Positions 26,900 through 35,137 of a stretch of 35,137 nt of DNA are shown here, in pieces; within the stretch, counting starts at the first letter, position 1; each line of letters opens with the position of its first letter. Both the position numbers and the translations under genes were made by a program. Below the pieces are notes generated by a model. The model saw nothing but the letters and a program-made list of their open reading frames with translations. It was not told the origin of the DNA and ran no database searches. Source of the stretch: Leucobacter sp. (GTDB taxonomy: Bacteria > Actinomycetota > Actinomycetes > Actinomycetales > Microbacteriaceae). The stretch lies in contig JAAZHL010000026.1 of NCBI GenBank assembly GCA_012510755.1, positions 1-35,137 on the forward strand. Direction: 5' to 3'.

Positions 26900-28184
26900 C
26901 GAGCGGCGAAATGATCAGGGTCGCAGCGGTATAGATTGCAAGGCCGGCAAGCGAGCCCACCAGCGTTCCGTTGATGCGAATGAACTGCAGGTCTTTGCCG
27001 ATCTGCAGCTCGATCTTCTCGGCCGCCTCGCGCGCGTCCCAGCGCTGCACCGTGTCGGCGACCACCTTCGCGAGGTCGTGGCGGTAGTTGCGCACGAGAT
27101 GCTCAACGACTTGCATGACCCAGACATCGATCTTGAACTGCAGAGTGCTGTCGGCCGTGAGGCGGTGACCGAAGTCTTGCAGGGCGAGCACCAGACGCGT
27201 GCGCAGTTCACTGTCTGGCTGCTCAAGCAGGTCGACGAGCGCGGCTCTCGCGGTCACCCAGGTGCTTGCCGCGAGCGAGCGAATGCGGGGGCTATCAAAC
27301 ACCTCGTGTTTGAACGCTTCGAGTTGCGCCTGCAATTGTGGCTTCTCGCCCAGGTCGCGGGACAGATCGGCGAGAAAGCTCGCAATTGCGATGCGCAGTG
27401 GGTGCGAGCGATCCTCGCGCACCGAATGCGCAAACCGCACTGTCTCTGCGTGCAAACGATCATCAACGAACCGTTGCGCGATGCCGGGCAGCCACGACGG
27501 CAGCCGTGATGAGAGCATACGATCGAACGATTCAGGGTGCTGCTCGAGCCATTCTGCGAGCCGATCGGCGGCCACGTCAATCAATGCCTCGTGGTGGTTG
27601 CCGGTGACAAACGAATCGAGCGCCCGGCCCATCAGCGGGCCCCACTCAGGCTCGATCACGTGCTTTCTGGCGAGCGCCTCGATGAGTTCTTGCACGTCGT
27701 TGTCGTCGAGCACCATGAGCGCGCCGAGCCCAGCGTTGGCAATCATTTCGCCCAGCCGTTCGGCATGGTCGTCCTCTTGCAGCCAAGTGCCGGCCATGCG
27801 CGCGCCGCTGATTTCGCTCAGCTTGTGATGCACCACGTCGTCTGCAAGAAAGTTCTCTTCGATAAAGCTGCCGAGACCCTCGCCGATCTCATCTTTCTTG
27901 TTTGAGATGAGGTTGGTGTGGGGGATCTTGATGCCGAGCGGGTGCCGAAACAGGGCGGTCACCGCGAACCAGTCAGCAAGCGCGCCCACCATGCCGCCCT
28001 CGCTTGCCGCCCGCACATAGCCGAGCCACGGGTATTGACCCTGCAGAGCGAAACTCACCACAAACACCACGGCCATTCCCAGCAACAGGCTGAGCGCGAC
28101 GCCCTGCATCTTGCGCAACTGTGCGAGGCGCTCGAAATCGGCCGGCGTGACGGCTCCGAGGGTGCGGGTGCTACTTCTTGACAC
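26889..28184 (-). CDS. DUF445 family membrane protein
   Basis: EGGMVGALADWFAVTALFRHPLG.IPHT and IELQIGKDLQFIRINGTLVGSLAG. Probable GTG start at 28184, with CATAAT 6 nt upstream. Confidence 0.9.
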   Translation of the reverse strand: MSRSSTRTLGAVTPADFERLAQLRKMQGVALSLLLGMAVVFVVSFALQGQYPWLGYVRAASEGGMVGALADWFAVTALFRHPLGIKIPHTNLISNKKDEIGEGLGSFIEENFLADDVVHHKLSEISGARMAGTWLQEDDHAERLGEMIANAGLGALMVLDDNDVQELIEALARKHVIEPEWGPLMGRALDSFVTGNHHEALIDVAADRLAEWLEQHPESFDRMLSSRLPSWLPGIAQRFVDDRLHAETVRFAHSVREDRSHPLRIAIASFLADLSRDLGEKPQLQAQLEAFKHEVFDSPRIRSLAASTWVTARAALVDLLEQPDSELRTRLVLALQDFGHRLTADSTLQFKIDVWVMQVVEHLVRNYRHDLAKVVADTVQRWDAREAAEKIELQIGKDLQFIRINGTLVGSLAGLAIYTAATLIISPLVTG

Positions 28185-28358
28185 CTCTTGATTATGCCGG
28201 TTCGTAGATGCGCCTGCTGCACATAGCCGAGGATCGCTGGCGCGAGCACCCCAGCAATGCCGTGGTAGGTACCGCAGGTTTGCGAAAAAACTTGCCGCGC
28301 GGCGGGTCGCGCCCCTGGCACTCGCTTTTCTGGCAGGCGGGCATGAAACAATTCGACT

Positions 28359-31300
28359 ATGCATCTGCTTGCCAGGCTCAGCCTGAAAAACCGCGCCCTG
28401 ATTGCGCTTGTGACCATCGTCGCCTCGGTATTCGGTTTTATCGGGGTCGGCTCGCTGAAACAAGAACTGATGCCGTCGGTGCAGTTTCCGGCCATCATCG
28501 TGGTGACGAGCTACCCGGGAGCGTCTCCCGAAGTCGTCAACAATGACGTGTCCGTGCCGATTGAGACGGCGCTTCGCGGCGTCGCGGGTCTCGAGCAAAC
28601 GACCGCGACGTCGTCGACGGGTGCGTCGATGGTGTTGGCCGAGTTTACGTATGGCATAGACCTGCCCTCAACCGAGCAGAAGGTCGAGCGTGCCATCTCT
28701 CGCATCTCGGCCCTGTTGCCCGATGCGGCCGACCCCCAGGTGATGTCTGGGTCGCTTGATGATTTTCCGATCGTGCAGATCTCGGTGCTCTCGCCTGACG
28801 GTGTCGACCCCGAGCAGACGGCGAACCTTGTTGAACGCATTGCGATACCTGAAATCAGTGATCTCGATGGGGTGCGCGAGGCGCAGCTGGTTGGGGCGCG
28901 CGGCAACCGTGTGACCATCACGCCGAATGCCGATGTGCTGAGCGACGAATATGTGACGCAGCAGTCGATCGTCGACGCACTGCAGCAGAGCGGCGTCTTG
29001 ATGGCCGCTGGCAGCATCACCGAAGATGGTCAGACCCTCGCAGTGCAGGCCGGTTCGTCGCTCGAGTCGGTTGAAGAGATTCAGGCGCTGCCGCTGGTGC
29101 GCGACCCGAACTTGTTGCGTGTGCGAGCCGAGGTCGCTGCTGCCGAAGCTGCTGCTGAGGCGGCCGCCCAGCAAGAGGCCGCGGCCGCGTTCGGCGGGGC
29201 AGGCGGGTTCGGTGCCGCCGCCCAACAGGCACCTGAGGTGACCGTCGAGCTTGCAGAGTTGCCGGTCATCACCATCGGCGAAGTCGCTGATGTGGTGCTC
29301 GAGCAGAACCCTGAACAGGGCATTTCTCGGGTGAACGGGCAACCCGCGCTCACCATCGCCGTCACGAAACTCTCGTCAGCAAACACGGTCGAGGTCTCGC
29401 ACGTCGTGCGTGACGCGCTCGCAGAGATCGAAGACTCGCTCGATGGTGCCACGCTCGAGGTCGTGTTCGACCAGGCTCCCTACGTTGAGCGCTCAATCGA
29501 GACGCTGACGGTCGAGGGGTTGCTCGGCCTGCTGTTCGCGGTGATTGTGATCTTGGTGTTCTTGCTCTCGGTGCGGGCGACGCTCGTGACCGCAATCTCG
29601 ATACCGGTGTCGGTGCTGTTCACCTTTGTGGGGCTCAATTTTGCGGGCTACTCACTGAACATGCTGACCCTTGGCGCCCTGACCATTTCGATCGGCCGCG
29701 TGGTCGATGACTCGATCGTGGTGATTGAAAACATCAAGCGTCACCTCGGCGAGGCCGGGCCCGACGCCAATGCCGCCACAACGATTGTTGAAGCCGTGCG
29801 TGAAGTAGGTGGCGCAATCACCGCCTCGACGATCACCTCGGTCGCGGTGTTCTTGCCGATGGCGTTCGTGTCGGGCATGGTGGGGGAGCTCTTCAGGCCG
29901 TTCGCGTTCACCGCGACCATCGCGCTGCTCGCATCGCTGCTGGTTGCCCTGACGATCGTGCCGGTGCTCGCCTACTGGTTCTTGCGGGGCAGCACCAGCT
30001 CCGCTCGCGCGCAGGCGCGCCAGCGGAGGGCAGTCGAGCGTCGGGCACTGGCCGCGGAGCGTAAGGCGCTGGCTGCTGAGCGTAAGGCGCTGGCTGCTGA
30101 GCGTAAGGCACTGGCTGCTGAGGGTAAGGCGCTGGCTGCTGAGGGTCCGGTAGAGGCAGCCAACACAACGGCCGAAGAGGCGCCATCAGCGACAGAACCT
30201 GTTTCACACGACGCCGACCGCGCAACCGCGCTGCAGCGCGGGTACTTGCCCATCGTGAAGTGGACACTCACCCACCCCGCAATTACCCTCCTCATCGCGG
30301 TGCTCGTCTTCGGCGGCACCATCGCCGCAACCCCACTCATGAAGACCAACTTCATGGGTTCAGACGAGCAGAACTCGGTTGGCTTGACCCAGTCGCTTGA
30401 CCCGGGAACCAGCCTTGACGAGCAACTCGCACAGGTTGAGCGAGTCGAAGACGCGCTTGAAGCGGTCGCGGCGGTCGAGGTGGTGCAGGTCACCATCGGC
30501 AGTTCAGGTGGCGGCATGACCGCCATCTTTGGGGGTGGCGGCGACGGCGTAGTCACCTACTCACTCACGACTGACGAGAACGCGGTGCAGAGCGAGGTGC
30601 AAGACGAGATTCGCGCGGTGGTTGAATCGCTCGACGACGCGGGAGAGTTCTCGCTCGCCCAATCAGACGGTGGCGTCACCATGTCGAGCTCGATCGAGGT
30701 CGCGGTGTCTGCCCCTGATCAAGAAACGCTCGCCGAGGCAAGCGATGCAGTAGTCGCCGCGCTTCGTGAGCAGAGCGGCCTCAAACAGATTGAAAGCGAC
30801 CTCGCTACGTCGCGCCCCTATCTCGCGATCGTGGTCAACCGTGCCGCAGCCTCAGAAGCGGGCCTCACCGAGGCGTCGGTGGCCGCAATGGTGTCGCAGC
30901 GCATGCAGCCCAGGCAGATCGGTCAGATCGTGCTCGAGAACACCAGCGTGAGCATTTATCTCTCGCAGGGGGTGGCCCCGGCAGACCAGGCCGCTGTTGC
31001 TGCGATGCCGATTCAGACCATTGACGGTGAGGTGCGGCTCGACTCTCTCGCGACAGTCGAGATCGCCGACGGCCCAGTCACGATACGCACACAAGACACG
31101 CAGCGCATCGCCACGGTGTCTGCACTGCCCGAAGGCGATGACCTCGGGGTGGCTGGCATCGCGGTCAACGCTGCGCTCGAATCGGCTGAGCTGCCACCCG
31201 GGGCGACCGCCAACATCGGTGGGGTGATCTCGCAGCAAAGCGAGGCATTCGAACAACTTGGGCTCGCGCTACTAGTGGCGATTCTCATTGTCTATGTCGT

Positions 31301-31967
31301 AATGGTGGCGACCTTCAAGAGCCTGTTGCAGCCGCTCTTGCTGCTCGTCTCGGTTCCGTTTGCAGCGACGGGCGCGTTGCTGCTGTTGATCGCCACGGGT
31401 ATTCCGCTCGGCGTCGCCTCGCTCATCGGCGTACTCATGCTGATCGGCGTCGTGGTGACCAACGCGATCGTGCTCGTCGACCTGATCAACCAGCAACGCG
31501 AGCGCGGCACACCACTGCGTGACGCCGTGGTCAGCGGCTCGTCTCTGCGTTTGCGCCCCATCGTGATGACGGCACTCGCAACGATCTTGGCACTTACCCC
31601 CATGGGCATCGGCATCACCGGTTCTGGCGGATTCATCTCGCAGCCACTGGCGGTCGTCGTGATCGGCGGGTTGTTGTCGTCGACCGTGCTCACCCTCATC
31701 GTGTTGCCCACGCTCTACTACGCAGTCGAGCGCCGCCGCGAAACGTCGCGCGACAAGCGTGCGGCAAAACGCGAAGCCCGGCTGGTCGTGGCGGCGGGTG
31801 CTGGTGCTTCAGCCGACTTCTCTGTGCCAGCCAAAATAGCTGACTCGGGAGTGCCTGGCGGTTCAGCCGCCTTCACCGAGCCCGACGGCTCAGCTGACCT
31901 TACCCGACAACCTGACGGCACAGTGGAACTGACAGAGCCCGACGGTTCAGCAACGGAGCGCGACTAA
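28359..31967 (+). CDS. RND efflux transporter permease (AcrB/SwrC-like)
   Basis: YPGASPE, IGRVVDDSIVVIENI, GELFRPFA, GVVVTNAIVLVD, RLRPIVMTA; two sets of TM helices. Confidence 0.95.
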   Translation: MHLLARLSLKNRALIALVTIVASVFGFIGVGSLKQELMPSVQFPAIIVVTSYPGASPEVVNNDVSVPIETALRGVAGLEQTTATSSTGASMVLAEFTYGIDLPSTEQKVERAISRISALLPDAADPQVMSGSLDDFPIVQISVLSPDGVDPEQTANLVERIAIPEISDLDGVREAQLVGARGNRVTITPNADVLSDEYVTQQSIVDALQQSGVLMAAGSITEDGQTLAVQAGSSLESVEEIQALPLVRDPNLLRVRAEVAAAEAAAEAAAQQEAAAAFGGAGGFGAAAQQAPEVTVELAELPVITIGEVADVVLEQNPEQGISRVNGQPALTIAVTKLSSANTVEVSHVVRDALAEIEDSLDGATLEVVFDQAPYVERSIETLTVEGLLGLLFAVIVILVFLLSVRATLVTAISIPVSVLFTFVGLNFAGYSLNMLTLGALTISIGRVVDDSIVVIENIKRHLGEAGPDANAATTIVEAVREVGGAITASTITSVAVFLPMAFVSGMVGELFRPFAFTATIALLASLLVALTIVPVLAYWFLRGSTSSARAQARQRRAVERRALAAERKALAAERKALAAERKALAAEGKALAAEGPVEAANTTAEEAPSATEPVSHDADRATALQRGYLPIVKWTLTHPAITLLIAVLVFGGTIAATPLMKTNFMGSDEQNSVGLTQSLDPGTSLDEQLAQVERVEDALEAVAAVEVVQVTIGSSGGGMTAIFGGGGDGVVTYSLTTDENAVQSEVQDEIRAVVESLDDAGEFSLAQSDGGVTMSSSIEVAVSAPDQETLAEASDAVVAALREQSGLKQIESDLATSRPYLAIVVNRAAASEAGLTEASVAAMVSQRMQPRQIGQIVLENTSVSIYLSQGVAPADQAAVAAMPIQTIDGEVRLDSLATVEIADGPVTIRTQDTQRIATVSALPEGDDLGVAGIAVNAALESAELPPGATANIGGVISQQSEAFEQLGLALLVAILIVYVVMVATFKSLLQPLLLLVSVPFAATGALLLLIATGIPLGVASLIGVLMLIGVVVTNAIVLVDLINQQRERGTPLRDAVVSGSSLRLRPIVMTALATILALTPMGIGITGSGGFISQPLAVVVIGGLLSSTVLTLIVLPTLYYAVERRRETSRDKRAAKREARLVVAAGAGASADFSVPAKIADSGVPGGSAAFTEPDGSADLTRQPDGTVELTEPDGSATERD
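30036..30146 (+). repeat. In-frame 21-bp tandem repeat (about 5.3 copies) encoding E(R/G)KALAA
   Basis: GAGCGTAAGGCGCTGGCTGCT units within the central cytoplasmic loop of the RND transporter. Confidence 0.95.
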
Positions 31968-33476
31968 ATGGCAAGACGCGGTTACAAAGCACCGGGCAAC
32001 TTCGACCCGCGAAGGTCGCCCAAGGCCAAGAAACAGGCGCTGGGCCGCGCAGGCGCCGACTCTGACGAGAACGCGAAGAGAAATAAGCCACAAAATCGTA
32101 AAATTGTGGCACAGAATAACGATTTTGTGGCTTATTTCTCGGCCAACCCCCCGCTGCCGGGCCCGCTAGAAGCCACCCGCACCACGCCTGAAGACGTTGC
32201 CCACTTGCGCTTCGAAGACCTCGGACTCGGCGGCAACATTGTGCGAGCGCTCGCCGAACTCGGTGCCACCAAGCCGTTCGCCATTCAGGCCGCAACCATT
32301 CCTGACGCGCTGCAAGGCCATCACCTGCTGGGTCGCGCCCGCCCCGGCTCAGGCAAAACGATCGCGTTCGCCGCAGCAGTCGTCGAACGTCTGCTGCGCC
32401 TCAAAGCGGCTGGCGCATTCGGGGCCGAAGCCGCCCGGCCGAAGGCGAAGCGCGGTGAGCGACAGCAGCGACCGCCGCAGCAGGCGGTGCGGGCGCCGAA
32501 GGCGCTGATCCTCGCACCAACTCGCGAACTCGCCCTGCAAATCGACCGCACCGTACAACCCATCGCACGCAGCGTCGGGCTTTTCACCGGTCAGTTTGTT
32601 GGCGGGCAACCGTTCGAACCGCAGCTGCACGCGTTGAAGCGGGGCGTCGACATCGCGATTGGCACACCCGGCCGCATCGAAGATCTTGCGAAGCGTGGGC
32701 ATCTGGGGCTCGGGCAGATCGCGATCACCGTCATCGATGAGGCCGATCACATGGCAGAGCTCGGGTTTATCGAAGCCTTGCAGCGAGTGCTGCGGCTCAC
32801 CCCGCGGGGTGGTCAGCGCATGCTGTTTTCGGCGACGCTCGATCGTGGCGTCGACGGGGTAGTGAAAGAGTTCATGCCGCGGCCGGCGATACACGAGATT
32901 GACGACGTAGCGGGGTCGGCAACCACGAACGCTGCAACCACGAGCGCTGCGGCCATGACTGCGTCTACAGAAACGTTTGACTGGAGTCCGCAGCCCAACG
33001 TTGAACACCGAGCACTCATTGTGCTGCGCGAACACAAAGATCAGGCGCTGCTGCAACTTGTGCGCGAGGGTGGTCGGGTCATCGTGTTCTGCCGCACGCG
33101 CGCGTATGCCGCGCACGTCGCAGAGCTGCTCGCCGCGGCGCACCTGCGTGTGACCTCACTGCACGGCGACCTCAGCCAAGCGCGACGCGAGCTGAACCTC
33201 TACAGTTTCACGCGGGGCAAAGCCGATGTGCTCGTGGCAACGGACGTCGCGGCGCGAGGAATCCACGTCGATGACATCGATCTCGTCTTACAGGCAGACC
33301 CGCCCGACGACCCCAAAGCCTACGTGCACAGGGCAGGGCGTACGGGCCGTGTGGGTCGCGCCGGGCGGGTGCTCACAGTGATTCCGCGCACCCGCCAAAA
33401 ACGCACCCGCGAGCTGTTCGAGACGCTCGGCTTCGAGCCCGCATACTTTGGTGATTTTGTGCCCGACGGTGTGTGA
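31968..33476 (+). CDS. DEAD-box RNA helicase
   Basis: Q motif (F..LGL...PFAIQ), GSGKT, APTRELA, TPGR, DEAD, SAT, HGDLSQ, ATDVAARGI, HRAGRTGR. Confidence 0.95.
   Translation: MARRGYKAPGNFDPRRSPKAKKQALGRAGADSDENAKRNKPQNRKIVAQNNDFVAYFSANPPLPGPLEATRTTPEDVAHLRFEDLGLGGNIVRALAELGATKPFAIQAATIPDALQGHHLLGRARPGSGKTIAFAAAVVERLLRLKAAGAFGAEAARPKAKRGERQQRPPQQAVRAPKALILAPTRELALQIDRTVQPIARSVGLFTGQFVGGQPFEPQLHALKRGVDIAIGTPGRIEDLAKRGHLGLGQIAITVIDEADHMAELGFIEALQRVLRLTPRGGQRMLFSATLDRGVDGVVKEFMPRPAIHEIDDVAGSATTNAATTSAAAMTASTETFDWSPQPNVEHRALIVLREHKDQALLQLVREGGRVIVFCRTRAYAAHVAELLAAAHLRVTSLHGDLSQARRELNLYSFTRGKADVLVATDVAARGIHVDDIDLVLQADPPDDPKAYVHRAGRTGRVGRAGRVLTVIPRTRQKRTRELFETLGFEPAYFGDFVPDGV
32078..32140. repeat. 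Perfect 22-bp inverted repeat with 19-nt loop (63 bp), inside the helicase CDS
   Basis: GAGAAATAAGCCACAAAATCGT-N19-ACGATTTTGTGGCTTATTTCTC; AT-rich against a high-GC background. Confidence 0.95.
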
Positions 33477-33515
33477 CTCGCGAGTCGCGCGACCGGCTGA
33501 CGAGTCCCTGTCGGC

Positions 33516-34982
33516 CTAGAGAGATCGCTCGAGCGCAGCCACGCGATCGAGCGCACCACGTAGGTCAGCAATCAGATCATTGACGCTCTCGAGCCCCAGG
33601 GTGAGTCGTAAAAGGCCCGGTGAAATGCCCAGCCGCTCGTTCACCTCGGCAGCAAACGTTGCATGCGTCGAAGTGAGCGGGTGCAGCACCATCGAACGGG
33701 TGTCGCCGATGCCAGTCATGCGTGAGAACAGCCGCAGGCCATTGACGAACGCTCGCGCGCCGTCGATGCCCCCGCGCACTGTCAGGCCGAAGACTGAGCC
33801 GGTGCGGCCGAAACCGTCCGCATCAACGCCGTAATCGCGTGCCGCGATATCGTAGAGCGCATTCGATGGCAGACCTGCGTAGTCGACAGACACGACTTCG
33901 GGTTGACGCTCGAGCCAGCGCGCGATCGCGATCGATGACGCTACGTGTCGGTCCATGCGCAGCGACAGTGTTTCCATGCCCTGATGCAGCAAGAATCCGT
34001 TCAACGGCGAGAGCGAGGGGCCGATGTCATTGACGACGGCCTCGCGTGTCGCCCTCGCATACGCTGCGTCACCGAAGCGGTCGAGCATCGAGGCGAGACC
34101 GGGCCGCGGGGCTTTCGTGATCAGCGGATACGATCGGCCGGCTCGCTCAGCGGCCTCCCAGTCGAAATTGCCTCCGTCGACGATCGCGCCACCCACCGAC
34201 GCCCCGTGCCCAGACAAGAACTTGGTCGTCGAATGCACCACGATATTCACGCCGTGTTCGATGGGGCGAATGAGCGCTGGGGTGCCGACCGTGTTATCGA
34301 CAATGACCGGCAGATGGTAGCGTTTCGCGACCTCGACCACCCGTCGCAAGTCGACCACGTCATTGCGCGGGTTCGGAATCGTTTCGGTGTAGATCGCCTT
34401 CGTTTCTGGTCGAATGAGCTGCTGCCATTCGTCGTCATCGTCAATGTTCCAGACGTAATCGACGTCGATGCCGAACCGTTTGAAGCTGCGGCCAAACAGT
34501 ATGCGGGTGCCGCCATAGATTGAGGCGGTCGACACAATGTGGTCGCCGTGCTGGGCGAGCGCGAAGAGCGCCGACGAAATGGCTGCCTGCCCGCTCGATA
34601 CTGCTACCGCGGCGGTGCCACCCTCGAGCGAGGCGAGGCGAGCTTCTGCGACGGCATTGGTCGGGTTGCCTTGGCGTGAATAGATGGGCGATGGAGTGGC
34701 TTCTGCCTCACCGAAGAACGCGCCCGCGCCCGTCGGCCTCGCGGGTTGGCCCGCAAATCGTTCAACCTGGTCGTCGAAATCGTCGAACACATACCCGGTC
34801 GACAGTGCGATGGGCGGCACCCGAAGCCCGTTGTTGAGATCGGGGTAGTCACCTGCGTGCACCTGCCTGATCTCGAAACCGAAACCCTGCCAGTCATAGT
34901 TGGGTTGCGCCACCGTGCCCGCAACGGTGCTCGCAAGTGAGCTCGTGCCCGTGCTCGCCAGTGAGCTCGCACCCGAGCTCAT
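33516..34982 (-). CDS. metY: O-acetylhomoserine aminocarboxypropyltransferase (MetY-like, Cys/Met metabolism PLP enzyme)
   Basis: RQVHAG, IYSRQGNPT, SSGQAA, IVDNTV, HSTTKFLSGHG (PLP Lys), IGDTRS..LHP, LRLTLGLE. ATGA coupling to the upstream gene. Confidence 0.85.
   Translation of the reverse strand: MSSGASSLASTGTSSLASTVAGTVAQPNYDWQGFGFEIRQVHAGDYPDLNNGLRVPPIALSTGYVFDDFDDQVERFAGQPARPTGAGAFFGEAEATPSPIYSRQGNPTNAVAEARLASLEGGTAAVAVSSGQAAISSALFALAQHGDHIVSTASIYGGTRILFGRSFKRFGIDVDYVWNIDDDDEWQQLIRPETKAIYTETIPNPRNDVVDLRRVVEVAKRYHLPVIVDNTVGTPALIRPIEHGVNIVVHSTTKFLSGHGASVGGAIVDGGNFDWEAAERAGRSYPLITKAPRPGLASMLDRFGDAAYARATREAVVNDIGPSLSPLNGFLLHQGMETLSLRMDRHVASSIAIARWLERQPEVVSVDYAGLPSNALYDIAARDYGVDADGFGRTGSVFGLTVRGGIDGARAFVNGLRLFSRMTGIGDTRSMVLHPLTSTHATFAAEVNERLGISPGLLRLTLGLESVNDLIADLRGALDRVAALERSL
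34927..34980. repeat. 24-bp tandem repeat (about 2.25 copies) at the 5' end of the metY-like gene
   Basis: GTGCTCGCAAGTGAGCTCGTGCCC / GTGCTCGCCAGTGAGCTCGCACCC / GAGCTC; encodes SSGASSLASTGTSSLAST. Confidence 0.85.
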
Positions 34983-35137
34983 CGCTGCGCTCCAGCAACG
35001 ACCGTGGCAATCCGTTCAACCGCACGCACGAGCGTTGCCGGTGCACAGGCGAGGTTGAGCCTCGCATGCCCGCGCCCGCCGTCGCCAAAGTCGTGCCCGG
35101 GGTTAAGTGCGACACGCGCATCTGCGAGGATCCGCTC
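34979..35137 (-). CDS. MalY/PatB-type cystathionine beta-lyase (AecD-like), C-terminal part; truncated by window edge
   Basis: Own translation (not in the ORF track): ERILADARVALNPGHDFGDGGRGHARLNLACAPATLVRAVERIATVVAGAQR*. This fits the VAL..G..FG..G.G..RLN.A C-terminus of PatB enzymes. Confidence 0.82.
   Translation of the reverse strand, partial: ERILADARVALNPGHDFGDGGRGHARLNLACAPATLVRAVERIATVVAGAQR

Noticed and set aside
9110-28598. Longest-ORF starts at 9110, 14133, 17331, 22531, 24620 and 28598
   Set aside because: They overlap neighbouring genes or promoters. Downstream starts with an SD, a -10 element or stop-start coupling fit better (9389, 14052, 17427, 22405, 24644, 28184).
1584-33143. 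Long antisense or alternate-frame ORFs (e.g. 1584-2366, 3311-4180, 4699-5742, 15957-17309, 32349-33143)
   Set aside because: Shadow ORFs overlapping confidently identified genes, as expected in high-GC DNA.
1-35137. tRNA, rRNA, prophage, integrase or anti-phage defence genes
   Set aside because: No cloverleaf, rRNA-like sequence or matching protein motifs were seen in the intergenic gaps or ORFs.

Overview
High-GC actinobacterial chromosome segment. Gene content and order suggest Microbacteriaceae, probably Leucobacter-like (inference, not verified). From left to right: 3' end of an alpha/beta hydrolase; a complete ~923-bp IS5-family element with a split, frameshifted transposase; three Tad/Flp pilin-like genes; topA and tmk; a Gdx/SugE exporter under a guanidine-III riboswitch; and a dispersed purine biosynthesis cluster (purL, purQ, purS, purC, purD, purF, purM). 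The pur cluster is interrupted by a LysR-MFS-nitrilase islet, a stand-alone tatA, a ~790-bp repeat-rich intergenic region, and an operon encoding a GT4 glycosyltransferase-SGNH hydrolase fusion plus UDP-glucose dehydrogenase. The right end holds DUF3073, a membrane-anchored protein with a neocarzinostatin-like fold, DUF445, an orphan RND transporter, a DEAD-box helicase, a metY-like gene and the 3' end of a MalY/PatB lyase. Most unusual signals: the GT4-SGNH/ugd candidate glycolipid module; a perfect 22-bp-arm, 63-bp AT-rich palindrome in frame inside the DEAD-box helicase, with same-shaped ~60-bp palindromes elsewhere; a 36-bp duplication of the purF 3' end; and the C-rich/hairpin/G-rich repeat region upstream of purF. 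All protein assignments come from motif recognition by eye; no database searches were run.
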